Assembly (NCBI GenBank): GCA_963779905.1
Contig: CAWAAF010000010.1
Coordinates: 457,957-521,956, forward strand
Source of the DNA: an uncultured Chloroflexia bacterium
GTDB taxonomy: Bacteria > Chloroflexota > Limnocylindria > Limnocylindrales > CSP1-4
Length of the DNA: 64,000 bases
Direction: 5' to 3'
A program made the translations under genes and the position numbers. Every line of letters starts with the position of its first letter. Within the stretch, counting starts at the first letter, position 1. Under the pieces are notes generated by a model. It saw nothing but the letters and a program-made list of their open reading frames with translations, was not told the DNA's origin and ran no database searches. Of this stretch, positions 20,812-32,624 are shown one piece after another.

Positions 20812-21788
20812 GACTTCTTCTTGTCGTTGACCGCGACGGCTTCGGCGGCGCCCGCCGGCGCGGTGTCGGCATGATGGCCATCGCCCGTATCGGGTCCACC
20901 AAGTTGCGCGCGCATGCCCTGCAGCATGTCGCGCTGTTCCTTGCTGACCGTGGGGTACTGCGGATCGATGTCGATGAGGGCGTTGGCGATAACTGCGGCA
21001 GCCGCGACGCGCGCAAACGGTTTGCTGTCGGCCGGGATGACGTACCACGGCGCCCATTCGGTGCTGGTGTGGCTGAGCACCTCAGCGAAAGCCTTCTGGT
21101 AGTCGTTCCAGAAAGTCCGCTCCTTGGCATCGTTGGTCGAGAACTTCCAGTTCTTCTCCGGCTCGTCGATGCGTGACAGGAAGCGGCGGCGCTGCTCTTC
21201 GTTACTGACATTGAGGAACAGCTTGACGACGCGGATGCCGTTCTCGACGAGGTGATGCTCCCAGTCATTGATCGAGCGGTAGCGGCGCTGCCAGATGTCC
21301 TTGCCTCGACGCAGGCTGGGCGGCAGCTTCTGGTTCTTCAAGAACTCCGGATGGACGCGCACGACGAGCACTTCCTCGTAGTGCGAGCGGTTGAAGATGG
21401 CGATGCTGCCGCGTTCCGGCGACACCTTCTGGTAGCGCCACAGGAAGTCGTGGTCAAGGTCCTCGCTGGACGGCACCTTGAAGCTGTGCACCGACACGCC
21501 CTGCGGGTTGACGCCGCTCATGACGTGGCGGATGGTGCCGTCCTTGCCGGCCGCGTCCATCGCCTGTAGGACGACCAACAGGCCGTAGGTGTCTTGAGCA
21601 GCGAGACGGGCCTGGTAGTCGGCCAGCATTTCGACGCCCTGGGCCAGCACCTCTTTGGCATCCGCTGCGCGTCGAGCCCGCTTGCCTGACTCGGGATCGA
21701 AGTCGTGCGGCAGCCTGACCTTGCTGCCTGGCTTTACCCGGAACGGCTCGATGAACTGCGCGATCCGCTTGTTCGAAATCTTGACCAT
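20808..21788 (-). CDS. polyphosphate kinase 2 family (polyphosphate:nucleotide phosphotransferase)
   Basis: PPK2 motifs (…VLQAMDAAGKDGTIRHVMSGVNPQG…, …FNRSHYEEVLVVRVHPE…). The internal Met MVKISNK is the likely start. Confidence 0.85.
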   Translation of the reverse strand: MVKISNKRIAQFIEPFRVKPGSKVRLPHDFDPESGKRARRAADAKEVLAQGVEMLADYQARLAAQDTYGLLVVLQAMDAAGKDGTIRHVMSGVNPQGVSVHSFKVPSSEDLDHDFLWRYQKVSPERGSIAIFNRSHYEEVLVVRVHPEFLKNQKLPPSLRRGKDIWQRRYRSINDWEHHLVENGIRVVKLFLNVSNEEQRRRFLSRIDEPEKNWKFSTNDAKERTFWNDYQKAFAEVLSHTSTEWAPWYVIPADSKPFARVAAAAVIANALIDIDPQYPTVSKEQRDMLQGMRAQLGGPDTGDGHHADTAPAGAAEAVAVNDKKKS

Positions 21789-21799
21789 TGGACGTTCCT

Positions 21800-24569
21800 T
21801 TAGCTCGCCGGAACCGGCACGGGCGCTGCCATGTTCTGCCGCGCGGGCTCCACGGTGCGGATGCCCAGGAACTTGCGTCCCTCGGCGACGATCAGCATGG
21901 CCAGCGAAACGACCAAGCAGATTGCCCACTGATCGAGAGTCAGGCTGACCGTGTCGAGAATGCGGTGGAACACGTTGAGCTCAGTCGCCAGCAGGATGGC
22001 CACGAGCGACATGCCCACCGTCTTGAGCAACGTGGGGTTGGCCAGCAGCACGTCGAAATCGAGAATCGAGTGCTCTTCGTCGGCCGTCTCCAGGGCGAAC
22101 CAGATGTTGGAGAACGAGAAAGCCACCAGGGCCATCGTTCTCGCCGTGGAGTCGCCGTAGAGTGGCGTGGCCCACCAGATGATGCCGAGCGTCAGCAAGC
22201 CCATGACCGCGCCACTGACAATGAGCCAGGTCAGCAGCCGGCGCGGCAAGATGGCCTGCTCTGGCGGGCGCGGCGCGTCGTTCATGAGCCCTTCGCGCGC
22301 CTTGCCGTAGCCAAGCCCAATGGCCAGGAAGACCTGCACGGTGAAGTTGATGTACAGCGTCTGGAGTGGCAGGAAGGGCACGCCCTCGAGCAGGTTGAGG
22401 ATGCTCGAGCCCAGGAAGATGACGATGTAACCGAAGAGCACGGCCATCTGGAAGCGGATGTAGCGCATCAGGTTGTCGTAGAGCGCGCGGCCGAGTTCGA
22501 CGGCCTTGACGATGGTGGCGAAGTTATCGTCGGTCAGGATCATGACCGCTGCTTCCTTGGATACTTCGGTGCCGGTGATGCCCATCGCCACACCGATGTC
22601 GGCCTTCTTGAGCGCCGGCGCATCGTTCACGCCGTCACCGGTCATGGCCACGATGTGGCCCTTCGTCCGCAGGACGTCGACGAGGTGGACCTTGTCCTCT
22701 GGTGCGACGCGGGCGATGACGCCGATGCCATCGATTTCGCGCTGAACTTGATCGTCGCCCATCGCCGCGAACTCAGAGCCGGCGATGGCCCGGCCCTTGA
22801 TGCCCAGTTGGCGGGCGATCGCTTCGGCGGTGACAGCGTGGTCACCGGTGATCATGCGGACCTGGATACCAGCCGATTGGGCAGTGGCAATTGCCGCCTT
22901 GGCCTCGGCCCGCGGCGGATCAACGATGCCGACGAGTGAGAGCATCGTCAGGTCGCTGACCAGCGGCAGCAAATCGGCCGCCGACGGGTCGAACTTGTTC
23001 GGGTCGAGGTCGCGGTAGGCGGTGGCCAGCACGCGCAGGCCCTGCCGGCCCAGGCGCTCGTTCTCTTCCAGGTAGTGCGCTCTGACGGCGTCGGTGAGGG
23101 CGACTTCGCGGCCACTGCCGTCATCGCCCTTGGTGGCACGGGCGAGCAGCTGGTCCGGTGCGCCCTTCACGTACGCGCGCACGACCTCCGTGCCTGCGTC
23201 GTTGGTCATCTTGTGGAAGGTCGCCATCAGCTTGTAGGCGGCGTCGAATGGCACCTCGGCCAGTCGCGGGTAGCGCTCGCGCGTCAGGACCGGGTCGACG
23301 CCACCCTTGGCCGCCAGGACGACCAGTGCACCTTCGGTGGGATCGCCAACCAGGCCGCCGTCCTTGGCGACCGCGTCCGAGGCCAGGGCCATCGGCAACC
23401 AGTAACGGTCGAGCGAGCTTCTGCTCGTCGCCCGCCACCCGGTTGATCTGGCCGGTGGTCGAGTAGCCCTCGCCCGTGATCGTGTAGCGGTGGTCGCCGA
23501 CGACCATTTCGACCGCGGTCATCTGGTTGAGCGTCAGCGTGCCCGTCTTGTCCGAGTTGATGGCCGATGTCGAACCGAGCGTCTCTACCGAGCGCAGGCG
23601 CTTGACTATGGCGCCGGCCTTGGCCAAGGTCGACGTGCCCGAGGCGAGGATGGTCGTCACCACCGCCGGCAGGCCGGTCGGGATGGCCGACACGGAAAAA
23701 GCAACCGCTGTCAGGAAGAGTGTGTCGAACGACAGGTTGCGCATCAGGCCCAGCCCGATCGAAGCGGCAAGCGCCAGGCCGGCGATGACCAGGATCTGGT
23801 TGGTCAGCGCGTTGAGTTGCTTGGTCAACGGCGACTCTTCGGACTTCTGCTGCTGGAGCATGCCCGAGATGTGTCCCACTTCGGTTTGCATGCCGGTGGC
23901 CTCGACGACCATGGTGGCCGCACCACGGGTGACCTGCGTGTTCATGAACGCCATGTCGACGCGATCGCCCAGAGCCGAATCGGCGGCCACTGGCTCTACC
24001 TGCTTCGGTACCGGCGCACTCTCGCCGGTCAGGGCCGACTCATCGATCTCGAGGGTGGCGGCATGGACGATCCGTCCATCGGCCGGCACCAGGTCGCCCG
24101 CCTCGACCATCACGATGTCGCCGGGCACTAAGTCGGCCATCTCGACGACCTGGACTTCGCCGCCACGCCGGACGCGTGACTTGACGACCATCATCTTCTG
24201 CAGCGCGGCGACACTCGCCTCGGCCTTGCCCTCCTGGCTCATGCCCAGGAAGGCGTTGAGCAACGTCAGGCCGATCAGGACGACGCCGGTGGCGAACTGG
24301 TTGGGGATGAACAGACTGACGATGCCCGCGACCAGCAGGACGATCTGCATCGGATCGGCGTACTGGCGCAGGAACACGCTCAGGCGCGACTCGCGCGGTG
24401 CGTCAGCGAACTTGTTTGATCCGTATTTTGCGCGTCGCGACTGGACCTCGGTGGCGGAAAGCCCGGCCGACTCCTCCACTCCCTGATCTCGAAGGGCCTC
24501 TTCGACAGTCAGGGCATACCAGGCCTTCTTGGCCGGTGCTGCCGGTGCGGGGGCCGCCGCAATCGCCAT
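21800..24569 (-). CDS. cation-transporting P-type ATPase (P2-type, Ca/Mg-like; apparent frameshift near 23400)
   Basis: The N-terminal half is ORF 23121..24569 (…TGESAPV…). The C-terminal half is ORF 21800..23398 (…MTGDGVNDAPALKKADIGVAMG… hinge motif and HAD domain). Confidence 0.85.
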
Positions 24570-24682
24570 AGTGAATCCTCCGTCTCGCGCTGTGCACTAA
24601 CTCTCGATTGCGACGGGACGGGCGGGCATCATCCCTACGGGGTGAACCGCAAGCGACGGCCACCCTTGCGCCATGGCCAGGA

Positions 24683-26195
24683 TCAGGCGCCGATTACGAC
24701 GTCCAGAGAGATGACGATCACACTGAGAATGACCAGCAGCCCGAGCACCGGCAGCACGAAGCGGATCCAGGTGCCATACGGAACGCGCGCGATGGCCAGG
24801 CCGCCCATTACCACGGCCGACGTGGGCGTGACCAGGTTGACCAGGCCGTTGCCCGTCTGGAAGGCGGTTACGACTACTGCCGGGTCGACGTTGGCGAAGC
24901 TCGCCAACGGCGCCATGATCGGCATGGCCACCGTCGCCAGACCGGACGAGGACGGGATCAGGAACGACAGTGGCACGAAGGCGGCGTACATGAGGTTGGC
25001 GAAAGCGACGCCGCCGATACCAACGAGCGCTTGCTCAAGGGTGTTGAGGACGGTGTCGGTGATCTGGCCGTTGTTCATGATCACGGTCACGCCCCGAGCA
25101 ATCGCGATGATGAGCGCCACTCCGAGCAGGTCGCGCGCGCCGTTCACGAAGGCGTCGGTGAACTTGCCTTCCTTCATGCCGGCAACGACGCCGATGACGA
25201 TCGCGAACAACAGGAACGAAGCGGTCATCTCGGGGAACCACCAGAAGTGCGTCGGGATCCGTAGATGCCCAGGTCGGACCACGGCACGACGCCGATGATC
25301 ATCACCACGAAGGCGAGGAAAAAGACGACCAGTACCCACCTTCTGGCGGCGGCTCGTCGGTTCGGCCGCAGCAGTATTCATGGCGTCAGCGTTAAAGGCG
25401 GCGATGTTCGCTTCACGTTCGGACGCCACCATCGACTTGCTCGGATCGTTCTTGACGCGCCGGGCGTAGCGCATCACGTACCAGATGCCGATGGCCGTCC
25501 CGATGACCAGGATGATGATCGCGGGCGATAAGACCGTCGCTGATGCTCACGCCGGCGAAACCGGAGGCGATGCCGGTCGAGAACGGGTTGATCGTCGAAC
25601 CGATCACGCCGATGCCGCAGCCCAGTAGCAGCAGCGCCGCGCCGGTGAGCGCGTCGTAGCCGGCGGCGATCATCACCGTCACGATCAGTAAGTAGAAGGC
25701 GAGGCTCTCTTCGGCCATGCCGTAGGTCGTGCCGCCCAGGGCGAAGAGGACCATCAGGATCGGGATCATGCGCAGCTCCCGGCCGCGCAGGCGCTGCACG
25801 ACGCGCCCGATGCCGGACTGGATGGCACCCGTCTGCATGGTCACGCCCAGGAAGCCGCCGATGACCAGGATGAACAGTGCGACGTCGATCGCGCCGAAGA
25901 GGTCACCCGAGTTGTAGTACGAGATCGAGCGGTCGTCGCCCTCGATGCCGTACATGCCGTTGATCGGGGCGGTCAGGGTGTCGACGAGGATGCGCGCCGG
26001 GTTCTGGTCGACGCGGTGGTACGTGCCCGGGATGGGCGAGCCATCGGCGTCGTAGTCGTATGTGCCGGCCGGGATAAGCCAGGTGGCGATCGCGACCACC
26101 ACGATCAGGATGAACAGGATCGTGTAGGCCGACGGCAGGCTGAAGCCGCGCTTCTTCTCGGCCGGCGCGGCCTGCTCTTCAGCGGCGGCGGTCAT
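24683..26195 (-). CDS. YfcC-family (C4-dicarboxylate anaerobic carrier-like) putative arginine/ornithine transporter
   Basis: AAGGAGG lies 6 nt upstream of the ATG (complement of 26193-26195). The product is YfcC-like and polytopic (…GFSLPSAYTILFILIVVVAIATWLIP…); ORFs 25413.. and 24683..25477 join by a frameshift. Confidence 0.75.
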
Positions 26196-27734
26196 GCGGA
26201 TCCTCCTTGGGTCTTCGGGCGCCAGTGGCGGCGTGGTGGGTGGCGCCGCGTCGGGCGAGGCTTCCGTGCTGCCGGCTGATGGGTCGATCCGCTCGATGTG
26301 GAAGCCGGTCAGGGCGTAGATGAGCGAGATCAGCGGGCTGAGCAGGTTGAAGAACGCGTACGGGAAATACGCGATCGTTGGCACCCCCAGCACGCCGGCC
26401 ATGTAAGCGCCACAGCTGTTCCATGGCACCAGCGGCGACGTCACCGTGCCTGCGTCCTCAACGGTGCGCGACAGCATGCGCGGCGCGATGCCGCGCTGGC
26501 GAAAGGCGACGCGGTAGACCCGACTCGGCATGACGATCGACACGTATTGGTCGCCGGTCACGATGTTGAGCCCAATGGCGGTGAAGATGACTGCGGCCAT
26601 CAAGGCGCCGGCGGACTTCGCTCGTTGCACGATCGGCTCGATCAGCCGATCGAGGAAGCCGGCGCTCTCGGCGATGGCGGCGAAGCTGAGCGCACCGAGG
26701 ACGAGCCAGATGGTGGTCAGCATCGAATCCATGCCACCGCGCGAAAAGAGGTTGTCGATGGCCGGGATGCCGGTGTTGGAAACGAAGCCGTTGGCCATCG
26801 CCAACCAGAGCGCCTTCAGGTTGGTCGCCCACGAGGCCGGCTCGCCGACGAAAGCGGTGATGACCTGCGGCTGAGTGAACCAGGCCATCACGCCGGCCAA
26901 CACCGCACTGGCCAGGATGCTCAGGAAGGGCGGCGCACGGCGCAGTGACAGGATGATCAACAGCACCATCGGCAGCAGGTTGAGCAGGCTGATGTTGAAC
27001 TCGCCGGCGAGCGTTGCCTGGGCCGCCGTCCGGTCGAACGGCGGTGCTTCGCCGACACCCAGGAAGCCGAGGATGGCGAAGCCTATGGCGGCGATGATCA
27101 ACGAGGGAAGGGAGGTCCAGATCATGGCGCCGATGTGCTGCTGGGTCGTAACGCCGCCGACCATCGACGGCACCAGCACCGTCGTCTCCGAGATCGGCGT
27201 CATCTTGTCGCCGAAGTAGGCGCCCGAGATGACTGCACCCGCGGTGATCACGGTAGAAGCGCCTAGCGCCGGTGCCAGCGCTACGAGCGCCACGCCCAAC
27301 GTTGCCGCAGTCGTCCACGAGCTGCCGATCGATAGCCCGACGAGCGCGCAGATGACCAGCGCGGAGAGGTAGAACACGCTCGGCTGGAGCAGCGCGATGC
27401 CGTAGTACACGATCGTCGGGATCGTGCCGGCCATGTTCCAGGTGCCGATGAGTGCGCCCACGCCGAGCAGGATGTAGACAGCGCCCATGGCAGAGGCAAC
27501 GCCGCCAATGGCGGCATCGCGGATGGCCGCTGTCTGATGGCCCAGCCGCCAGGCCATGAAGCCGGCAAGCATTGCAGCCAGCAGCAGTGAGACCTGCAGC
27601 GGACCGCCGGTCGCATCGGTGCCGAACAGCACGACGGTCGTGATGATCAGCACGATGAGGATGCCGATGACGATGAGCGACTCGGCGAAGCTCGGTTTGC
27701 GCGGTGCCTTGGCCTCGGTAATGCCGTCAGCCAC
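26192..27734 (-). CDS. NhaC-family Na+/H+ antiporter-like transporter (apparent frameshift near its 3' end)
   Basis: The N-terminal ~500 aa of ORF 25413..27869 are NhaC-like (…[31 protein letters not shown]…). A TGA in an alternate frame overlaps the yfcC ATG (ATGA). A GTG start overlaps the arcC stop. Confidence 0.7.
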
Positions 27735-28639
27735 GGGTAACACTCGTGCCGTGCGTGCCGGCGACGACACCGCCGATCTCGGCGAGGGTGCCGATAGCGG
27801 CGCGCTTGCCGGTGCGCTCGGCGAAATCGCGGGCGGCTTCGACCTTGGGCCCCATCGAGCCAGCGGCAAAGTTCATGCCGGCCAGTTCGGTTGTCGTTAT
27901 CTGCTCGATGCGGCGCTGCTGTGGCGTGCCGAAGTCGAGGTAAACGCCGTCGACGTCGGTCGCCATGACAAAGACGTCGGCCTCGAGCTCGCGCGCCAGC
28001 AGCGCCGACGCGCGGTCCTTGTCGATGACGACCTCGGCGCCGATCAGGCGCTTGGTGCTCGTTCTCGTACATGGTCGGCACTCCACCGCCGCCGGTACAG
28101 ATCACGACGGCGCCCTTCTCGAGCAGCCACTTGATCGGCCGGATCTCGAAAATGCGCGTGGGCAGCGGTGAGGGCACGACACGCCGCCACATGTTGCCGT
28201 CCTGCTTGATCGCCCAGCCCTTCTCCTGGGCCAGGCGTTCCGCGTCGGCCCGTTCATAGACCGGACCGATGAACTTGTCGGGGTGGGTGAAGGCCTGGTC
28301 GTCGGGGTCGACCTCGACCATCGTCAACACCGTCGCGAAGGGCTTCTCGAACGGCAGCAGGTTGCCCAGCTCCTGCTCGATCAGGTAGCCGATCATGCCC
28401 TCCGTCTGGGCGCCCAGGACGTCGAGCGGGTAGGTCTCGACTTCCTTGTAGGCGGCACCCTGTAGGGCGAGCAGGCCTACCTGCGGCCCGTTGCCGTGCG
28501 AGATGACCAGCTCGTGCTCGAGGGCAACCGGGGCCAGCGCCTCGGCGGCAACTCTGACATTGGCGCGCTGGTTGTCGGCGGTCATCGGCTGACCGCGACG
28601 GAGCAGCGCGTTACCGCCCAGAGCTACGACGATGCGCAC
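27727..28639 (-). CDS. arcC: carbamate kinase (apparent frameshift near 28060)
   Basis: …[13 protein letters not shown]… N-terminus and …[40 protein letters not shown]… C-terminus sit in two frames (ORFs 27647..28738 and 27727..28086). Confidence 0.85.
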
Positions 28640-28649
28640 GAACGGACGC

Positions 28650-29666
28650 TCAGCTGCCGATGGTGGCGACCAGGACGGCCTTGATCGTGTGCATCCGGTT
28701 TTCTGCCTGATCGAACACGATCGACGCCGGCGATTCAAAGACTTCGTCGGTGACTTCCATCTCCGAGATGCCGTGGTCTTGGAGCATCTGCTTGCCGACC
28801 TTGGTCTCGGCGTTGTGGAAAGCGGGCAGGCAGTGCATGAACTTGGTGTTGGGGTTGCCCGTGGCGGCCATCGCGCGCGAGTTGACCTGGTATGGGCTGA
28901 GCAGCCGGATGCGTTCCGTCCAGACCTCCTTGGGCTCGCCCATAGAGACCCACACGTCGGTGTACAGGTAATCGGCGCCCTTGACGCCCTCCTCGACCGA
29001 CGCGGTCAGGGTGATCCGTGCGCCGGTCTCACGGGCGATGGCCTGGCATTGCGCGACGAGCTCGTCGTGCGGCCACAGTTCCCTGGGCGCCACCAGCCGG
29101 ACGTCCATGCCCAGCTTCGCGCCGCCGACGAGCAGCGAGTTGCCCATGTTGTTGCGCGCGTCGCCCATGAAGGCGTACGCGATCTGGGTCAGCGGCTTGG
29201 ACGAGTGCTCGCGCATGGTCAGTATGTCGGCCAGGATCTGCGTCGGGTGGAACTCATCGGTCAGGCCGTTCCACACCGGCACGCCGGCGTAGTCGGCCAG
29301 GGTCTGCACCGTTTCCTGGTCGAAGCCGCGGTATTCGATGCCGTCGTAGATCCGGCCCAGCACCCGTGCGGTGTCCTTGACGGTCTCCTTGTGGCCCATC
29401 TGCGACGACTGCGAGTCGAGGAAGGTGACGTGCGCGCCCTGGTCGTAGGCCGCCACCTCGAAGGCCGTTCGCGTTCGCGTCGAGGTCTTCTCGAAGATCA
29501 GGCAGATCTCCTTCTGGTGGAGATGCTCCGGCTCGGTCCCCGCCTTCTTCTGCGCCTTCAACTCGGACGCCAGGTCGATGAAATAGCGGATCTCATCGGG
29601 TGAGAAGTCGAGCAGCTTGAGGAAGTGGCGGCCCTTCAGGTTGGGCGCCACGGCGGTCATCGTCAC
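28650..29666 (-). CDS. arcB: ornithine carbamoyltransferase (catabolic context)
   Basis: The ORF is intact. The STRTR carbamoyl-phosphate motif and the HCLP motif are present. It lies between arcA and arcC. Confidence 0.9.
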   Translation of the reverse strand: MTMTAVAPNLKGRHFLKLLDFSPDEIRYFIDLASELKAQKKAGTEPEHLHQKEICLIFEKTSTRTRTAFEVAAYDQGAHVTFLDSQSSQMGHKETVKDTARVLGRIYDGIEYRGFDQETVQTLADYAGVPVWNGLTDEFHPTQILADILTMREHSSKPLTQIAYAFMGDARNNMGNSLLVGGAKLGMDVRLVAPRELWPHDELVAQCQAIARETGARITLTASVEEGVKGADYLYTDVWVSMGEPKEVWTERIRLLSPYQVNSRAMAATGNPNTKFMHCLPAFHNAETKVGKQMLQDHGISEMEVTDEVFESPASIVFDQAENRMHTIKAVLVATIGS

Positions 29667-29679
29667 GGTCGGCTCCTTA

Positions 29680-30990
29680 TCAAATGGGATCGCGGACCAG
29701 CGGACAGGTCATGCAGTGACCGCCACCGCGGCCCTTGCCGATCTCCGATCCGTCGATGGTCAGTACTTCAATGCCGGCCTTGCGCATGAGCGTATTGGTG
29801 TACTCGTTGCGCTCATAGGCGACGACGACGCCCGGCTCCAGGGCGACGACGTTGTTGCCGTCATCCCACTGCTCGCGTTCGGCCTGCCACTTGTCACCGC
29901 CGGTCTCAATGACGCGGATGGCAGGCAGCCCGAGAGCGTCCTTGATCGCGCCCAGGAACGAGTCGTCCTTGCGCACATCGAGCGTGCCCGGCTTGTCGCC
30001 CGGCCGGACCGAGTAGGCAGTGATCGAGTTGACCACTTTGGGGAACATCGTCACCACGTCGCGATCGAGGAACGTGAAAACGGTGTCGAGGTGCATGTGG
30101 GCCCGGTCACGGGTCATGCCGGCGGCGATGACGCGCTCCGCGGCACCCTTCTCGAACAGCGCCAGCGCGATCTTTTCGATCATTTGGCCGGTGGTGCGCT
30201 CACTCATGCCGATGGCCACCGCGCCGTTGCCGATGGGCATGATGTCGCCGCCCTCGCTGCTGACTCGCCCGAACAATTCGCCCTCGACGTCGCGCGAGTA
30301 CCAGAACTCGAAGTCGGCGTTGGCGAAGTCGGGATGGAAGCGGTAGATGGCCTCCAGGTTGAGCGCCTCCAGCCGGCGCGCCGGCCAGTACATCGGGTTG
30401 ACCACCACGCCGCCGTAGATCCACGCCGATGGGTCGCGCGTGAAGTAGCTGTTGGGCAGCGGGCGCAGCACGAAGTCGTCCGGCTCCATCGCCGACACGA
30501 CCAGCGAGCGGCCGGCTATCTGACCCTCACCGACGTCGGATACGCCGCCCTTCTCGATCAGAGCCAGGGCCTCTTGTGCCGTCAGGCCGCCGATAAGGTG
30601 GTCGGCGAGAGTCACCGCGTCGACCGAATCCAGGTAGCCGCGCGCCTCGTCGGCCACGCCGGCGCCGACCGTGAACTGGGTCACCGCCCGGTCGAGTACC
30701 CACTTGCGCGCCTCGGCGTTGGTCAGGGTCTGCGCCAGCAGCTCTTCGAGGTAGACCACCTCGACGCCGCGCGAGCGGACGAGGTCGGCGAACATATCGT
30801 GCTGCTGGCGGGCGCGACGCACCCACAGCACGTCGTCGAACAGCAGGTCGTCGTGGTTCTCCGGCGTCAGCCGCGACAGCTCGAGATCTGGCCGGTGAAC
30901 CATCACCTTGCGCAGCTTGCCGACCTCGGAGTGGACGCCAAGGGCCGTCGCGCCAGACTGCGTGCCCGTTGGCTCGGTGGCGATCGCCAT
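29680..30990 (-). CDS. arcA: arginine deiminase
   Basis: [10 protein letters not shown]…[21 protein letters not shown]… is full-length ADI. It is the first gene of the arc operon on the minus strand. Confidence 0.9.
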   Translation of the reverse strand: MAIATEPTGTQSGATALGVHSEVGKLRKVMVHRPDLELSRLTPENHDDLLFDDVLWVRRARQQHDMFADLVRSRGVEVVYLEELLAQTLTNAEARKWVLDRAVTQFTVGAGVADEARGYLDSVDAVTLADHLIGGLTAQEALALIEKGGVSDVGEGQIAGRSLVVSAMEPDDFVLRPLPNSYFTRDPSAWIYGGVVVNPMYWPARRLEALNLEAIYRFHPDFANADFEFWYSRDVEGELFGRVSSEGGDIMPIGNGAVAIGMSERTTGQMIEKIALALFEKGAAERVIAAGMTRDRAHMHLDTVFTFLDRDVVTMFPKVVNSITAYSVRPGDKPGTLDVRKDDSFLGAIKDALGLPAIRVIETGGDKWQAEREQWDDGNNVVALEPGVVVAYERNEYTNTLMRKAGIEVLTIDGSEIGKGRGGGHCMTCPLVRDPI

Positions 30991-31156
30991 GATCGTTTCT
31001 CCTCGTGTGACGAGGTCGCAATTCAGCCTCGTCGCGCCTGTTCCATGGGACCGCCGCAGGGGGCATTGAGGCATCACCCACAACGGATGAGCACGCTGCT
31101 GCGCGCGTTAGCGGCGGGTTAACGGGCGGGTGGTGCGGCCACGACATTGCAGGACA

Positions 31157-31180
31157 CCGGCAGGCACGATTGCCTGCCGG
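31157..31180. promoter_or_regulatory. perfect 10-4-10 palindrome (CCGGCAGGCA-cgat-TGCCTGCCGG) in the arcA 5' leader
   Basis: Read directly from the sequence. It lies about 170 nt upstream of the arcA start, inside a 400-nt non-coding leader. Confidence 0.35.
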
Positions 31181-31394
31181 TTACAGCCAGCGGATTGTTC
31201 GGCCAGCCGTCACAGAGTTCCTTACATAGCTTTTACCGCTCAATTCATGGCAGGACACGGCTGCCACGCTTCGAGAGCCGCGTCGGCGACCGGGTCCTTG
31301 CTGGGGCTTGCGACCGCGCGGCACAACCGGGGGGCGAGCCCGTCCCTAGCCCCCATGGGAGGGCTCGCCAACCGGTCTTCGCTTGTCCCCTCGC

Positions 31395-32606
31395 CTATCC
31401 TTCGGTTGAGCGCGCCTTCTGGTTGCGCGGCCGCTCCGGGCCATTGGCCGGTGACTTGATGTCGTCATTGGCCGTATGCATGAGCAGCGCCGTCGTGATG
31501 TCGTCGGCCGGTCCAACCTGGACCATCGCCCGCGTGTTGGAGGCCAGTGCCTTGGCCACGTCCAGGCGCTGGCTCTGCACGTCCCATTCGAGGGCGGCGG
31601 GGTAGTCGCGCAGTCGCTCCTCCAGCCGTTCCAGTCGCGCGACTTCGTTGGCTGCCTCGAGCTCGATCTGTTCGCGCCGGGCGGCAATCTTGCGGCGGGT
31701 GCGCTCGTCACGATCGTTCTGCCGCAGCAGCTCGAGCGTGTGCTGTTCCTGTTCCTCGGCGCGTTGGAAGGCGGCCAGCCCCTGTGCCTCGCGGGAGGCC
31801 ACGAAATCCATGGGCAGGCTGATGTGAGTGATCACCACGCGCTTGACGTTGACGCCATAGGCCGTCAGCACTTCGCTGATGTCCTGGCGAAGCTTGTCGG
31901 TGTCGGCCTCGCTCATGTCGATGACGTCGGCCGCCGTCTTGCCGCGAATCAGCACGCGCAGGCTTTGCTGGCAGGTCGCCTGGCAGACCTCGTCGAAGTC
32001 TGGTGCGGTGATGGCGAAGACGAACTTCTCGGGTGAGTCGATGGTGAAGGTCATCACCATGTCGAGATTGGTGCGCACGTCATCGGCTGTCGGCACGTTG
32101 AGCGCCGGTGCGCCGAAGGGGATCTCGCGGGTGGCGACGATGTGGCTGACCGGCAGCATGGGCAGCACGAAGTGCGTGCCCGGGCCAACCGTCTTGAAGA
32201 ACTTGCCGGCGCGCAGCAAGACGGCCTGCGAGCCCATCGGGACCGGCACGACAAAGGCGCGGAACAGCCCGGCGACGATGGCGACGATGCCGCCGGCCAC
32301 GATGGCCGCCTTCAGCGCCAGGTTGATGTCGATGAAGAGCGCGGCAACGATGGCGATAATGCCGCCGGCGATGAAGTCGATGCGCGTCCGCCGGGCGCGG
32401 TCGGGCAGCACGACGACCGGGAAGTGGCCGGCTTCATTGGGCGTGGCGAAGGCGGCCGCCGCTTCGTCAAGAGGCGCGCGAGCCTGGGTCAACTGGGGCG
32501 TCGTCACGGCCTGCACCAGCGCCGCCTGGGTGGCGGCCGTGATCTGTGGCGGCGGGCCGGCGGGAGCCGGCGGGGGCGCCGGGATGGCAGCAGTGTCAAC
32601 GGCCAT
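31395..32606 (-). CDS. SPFH/band-7 (stomatin/prohibitin-like) membrane protein
   Basis: An N-terminal TM pair, then an SPFH core (…ATREIPFGAPALNVPTADDVRTNLDMVMTFTI…) and a C-terminal coiled-coil. Confidence 0.8.
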   Translation of the reverse strand: MAVDTAAIPAPPPAPAGPPPQITAATQAALVQAVTTPQLTQARAPLDEAAAAFATPNEAGHFPVVVLPDRARRTRIDFIAGGIIAIVAALFIDINLALKAAIVAGGIVAIVAGLFRAFVVPVPMGSQAVLLRAGKFFKTVGPGTHFVLPMLPVSHIVATREIPFGAPALNVPTADDVRTNLDMVMTFTIDSPEKFVFAITAPDFDEVCQATCQQSLRVLIRGKTAADVIDMSEADTDKLRQDISEVLTAYGVNVKRVVITHISLPMDFVASREAQGLAAFQRAEEQEQHTLELLRQNDRDERTRRKIAARREQIELEAANEVARLERLEERLRDYPAALEWDVQSQRLDVAKALASNTRAMVQVGPADDITTALLMHTANDDIKSPANGPERPRNQKARSTEG

Positions 32607-32624
32607 GGCTGATTACTCTCCTCC

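Noticed and set aside
25413-27869. Single 818-aa transporter ORF
   Set aside because: It contains a complete NhaC-family protein followed by a perfect RBS (AAGGAGG) and an ATG for a YfcC-family protein, and an alternate-frame TGA overlaps that ATG. It is two genes joined by an indel.
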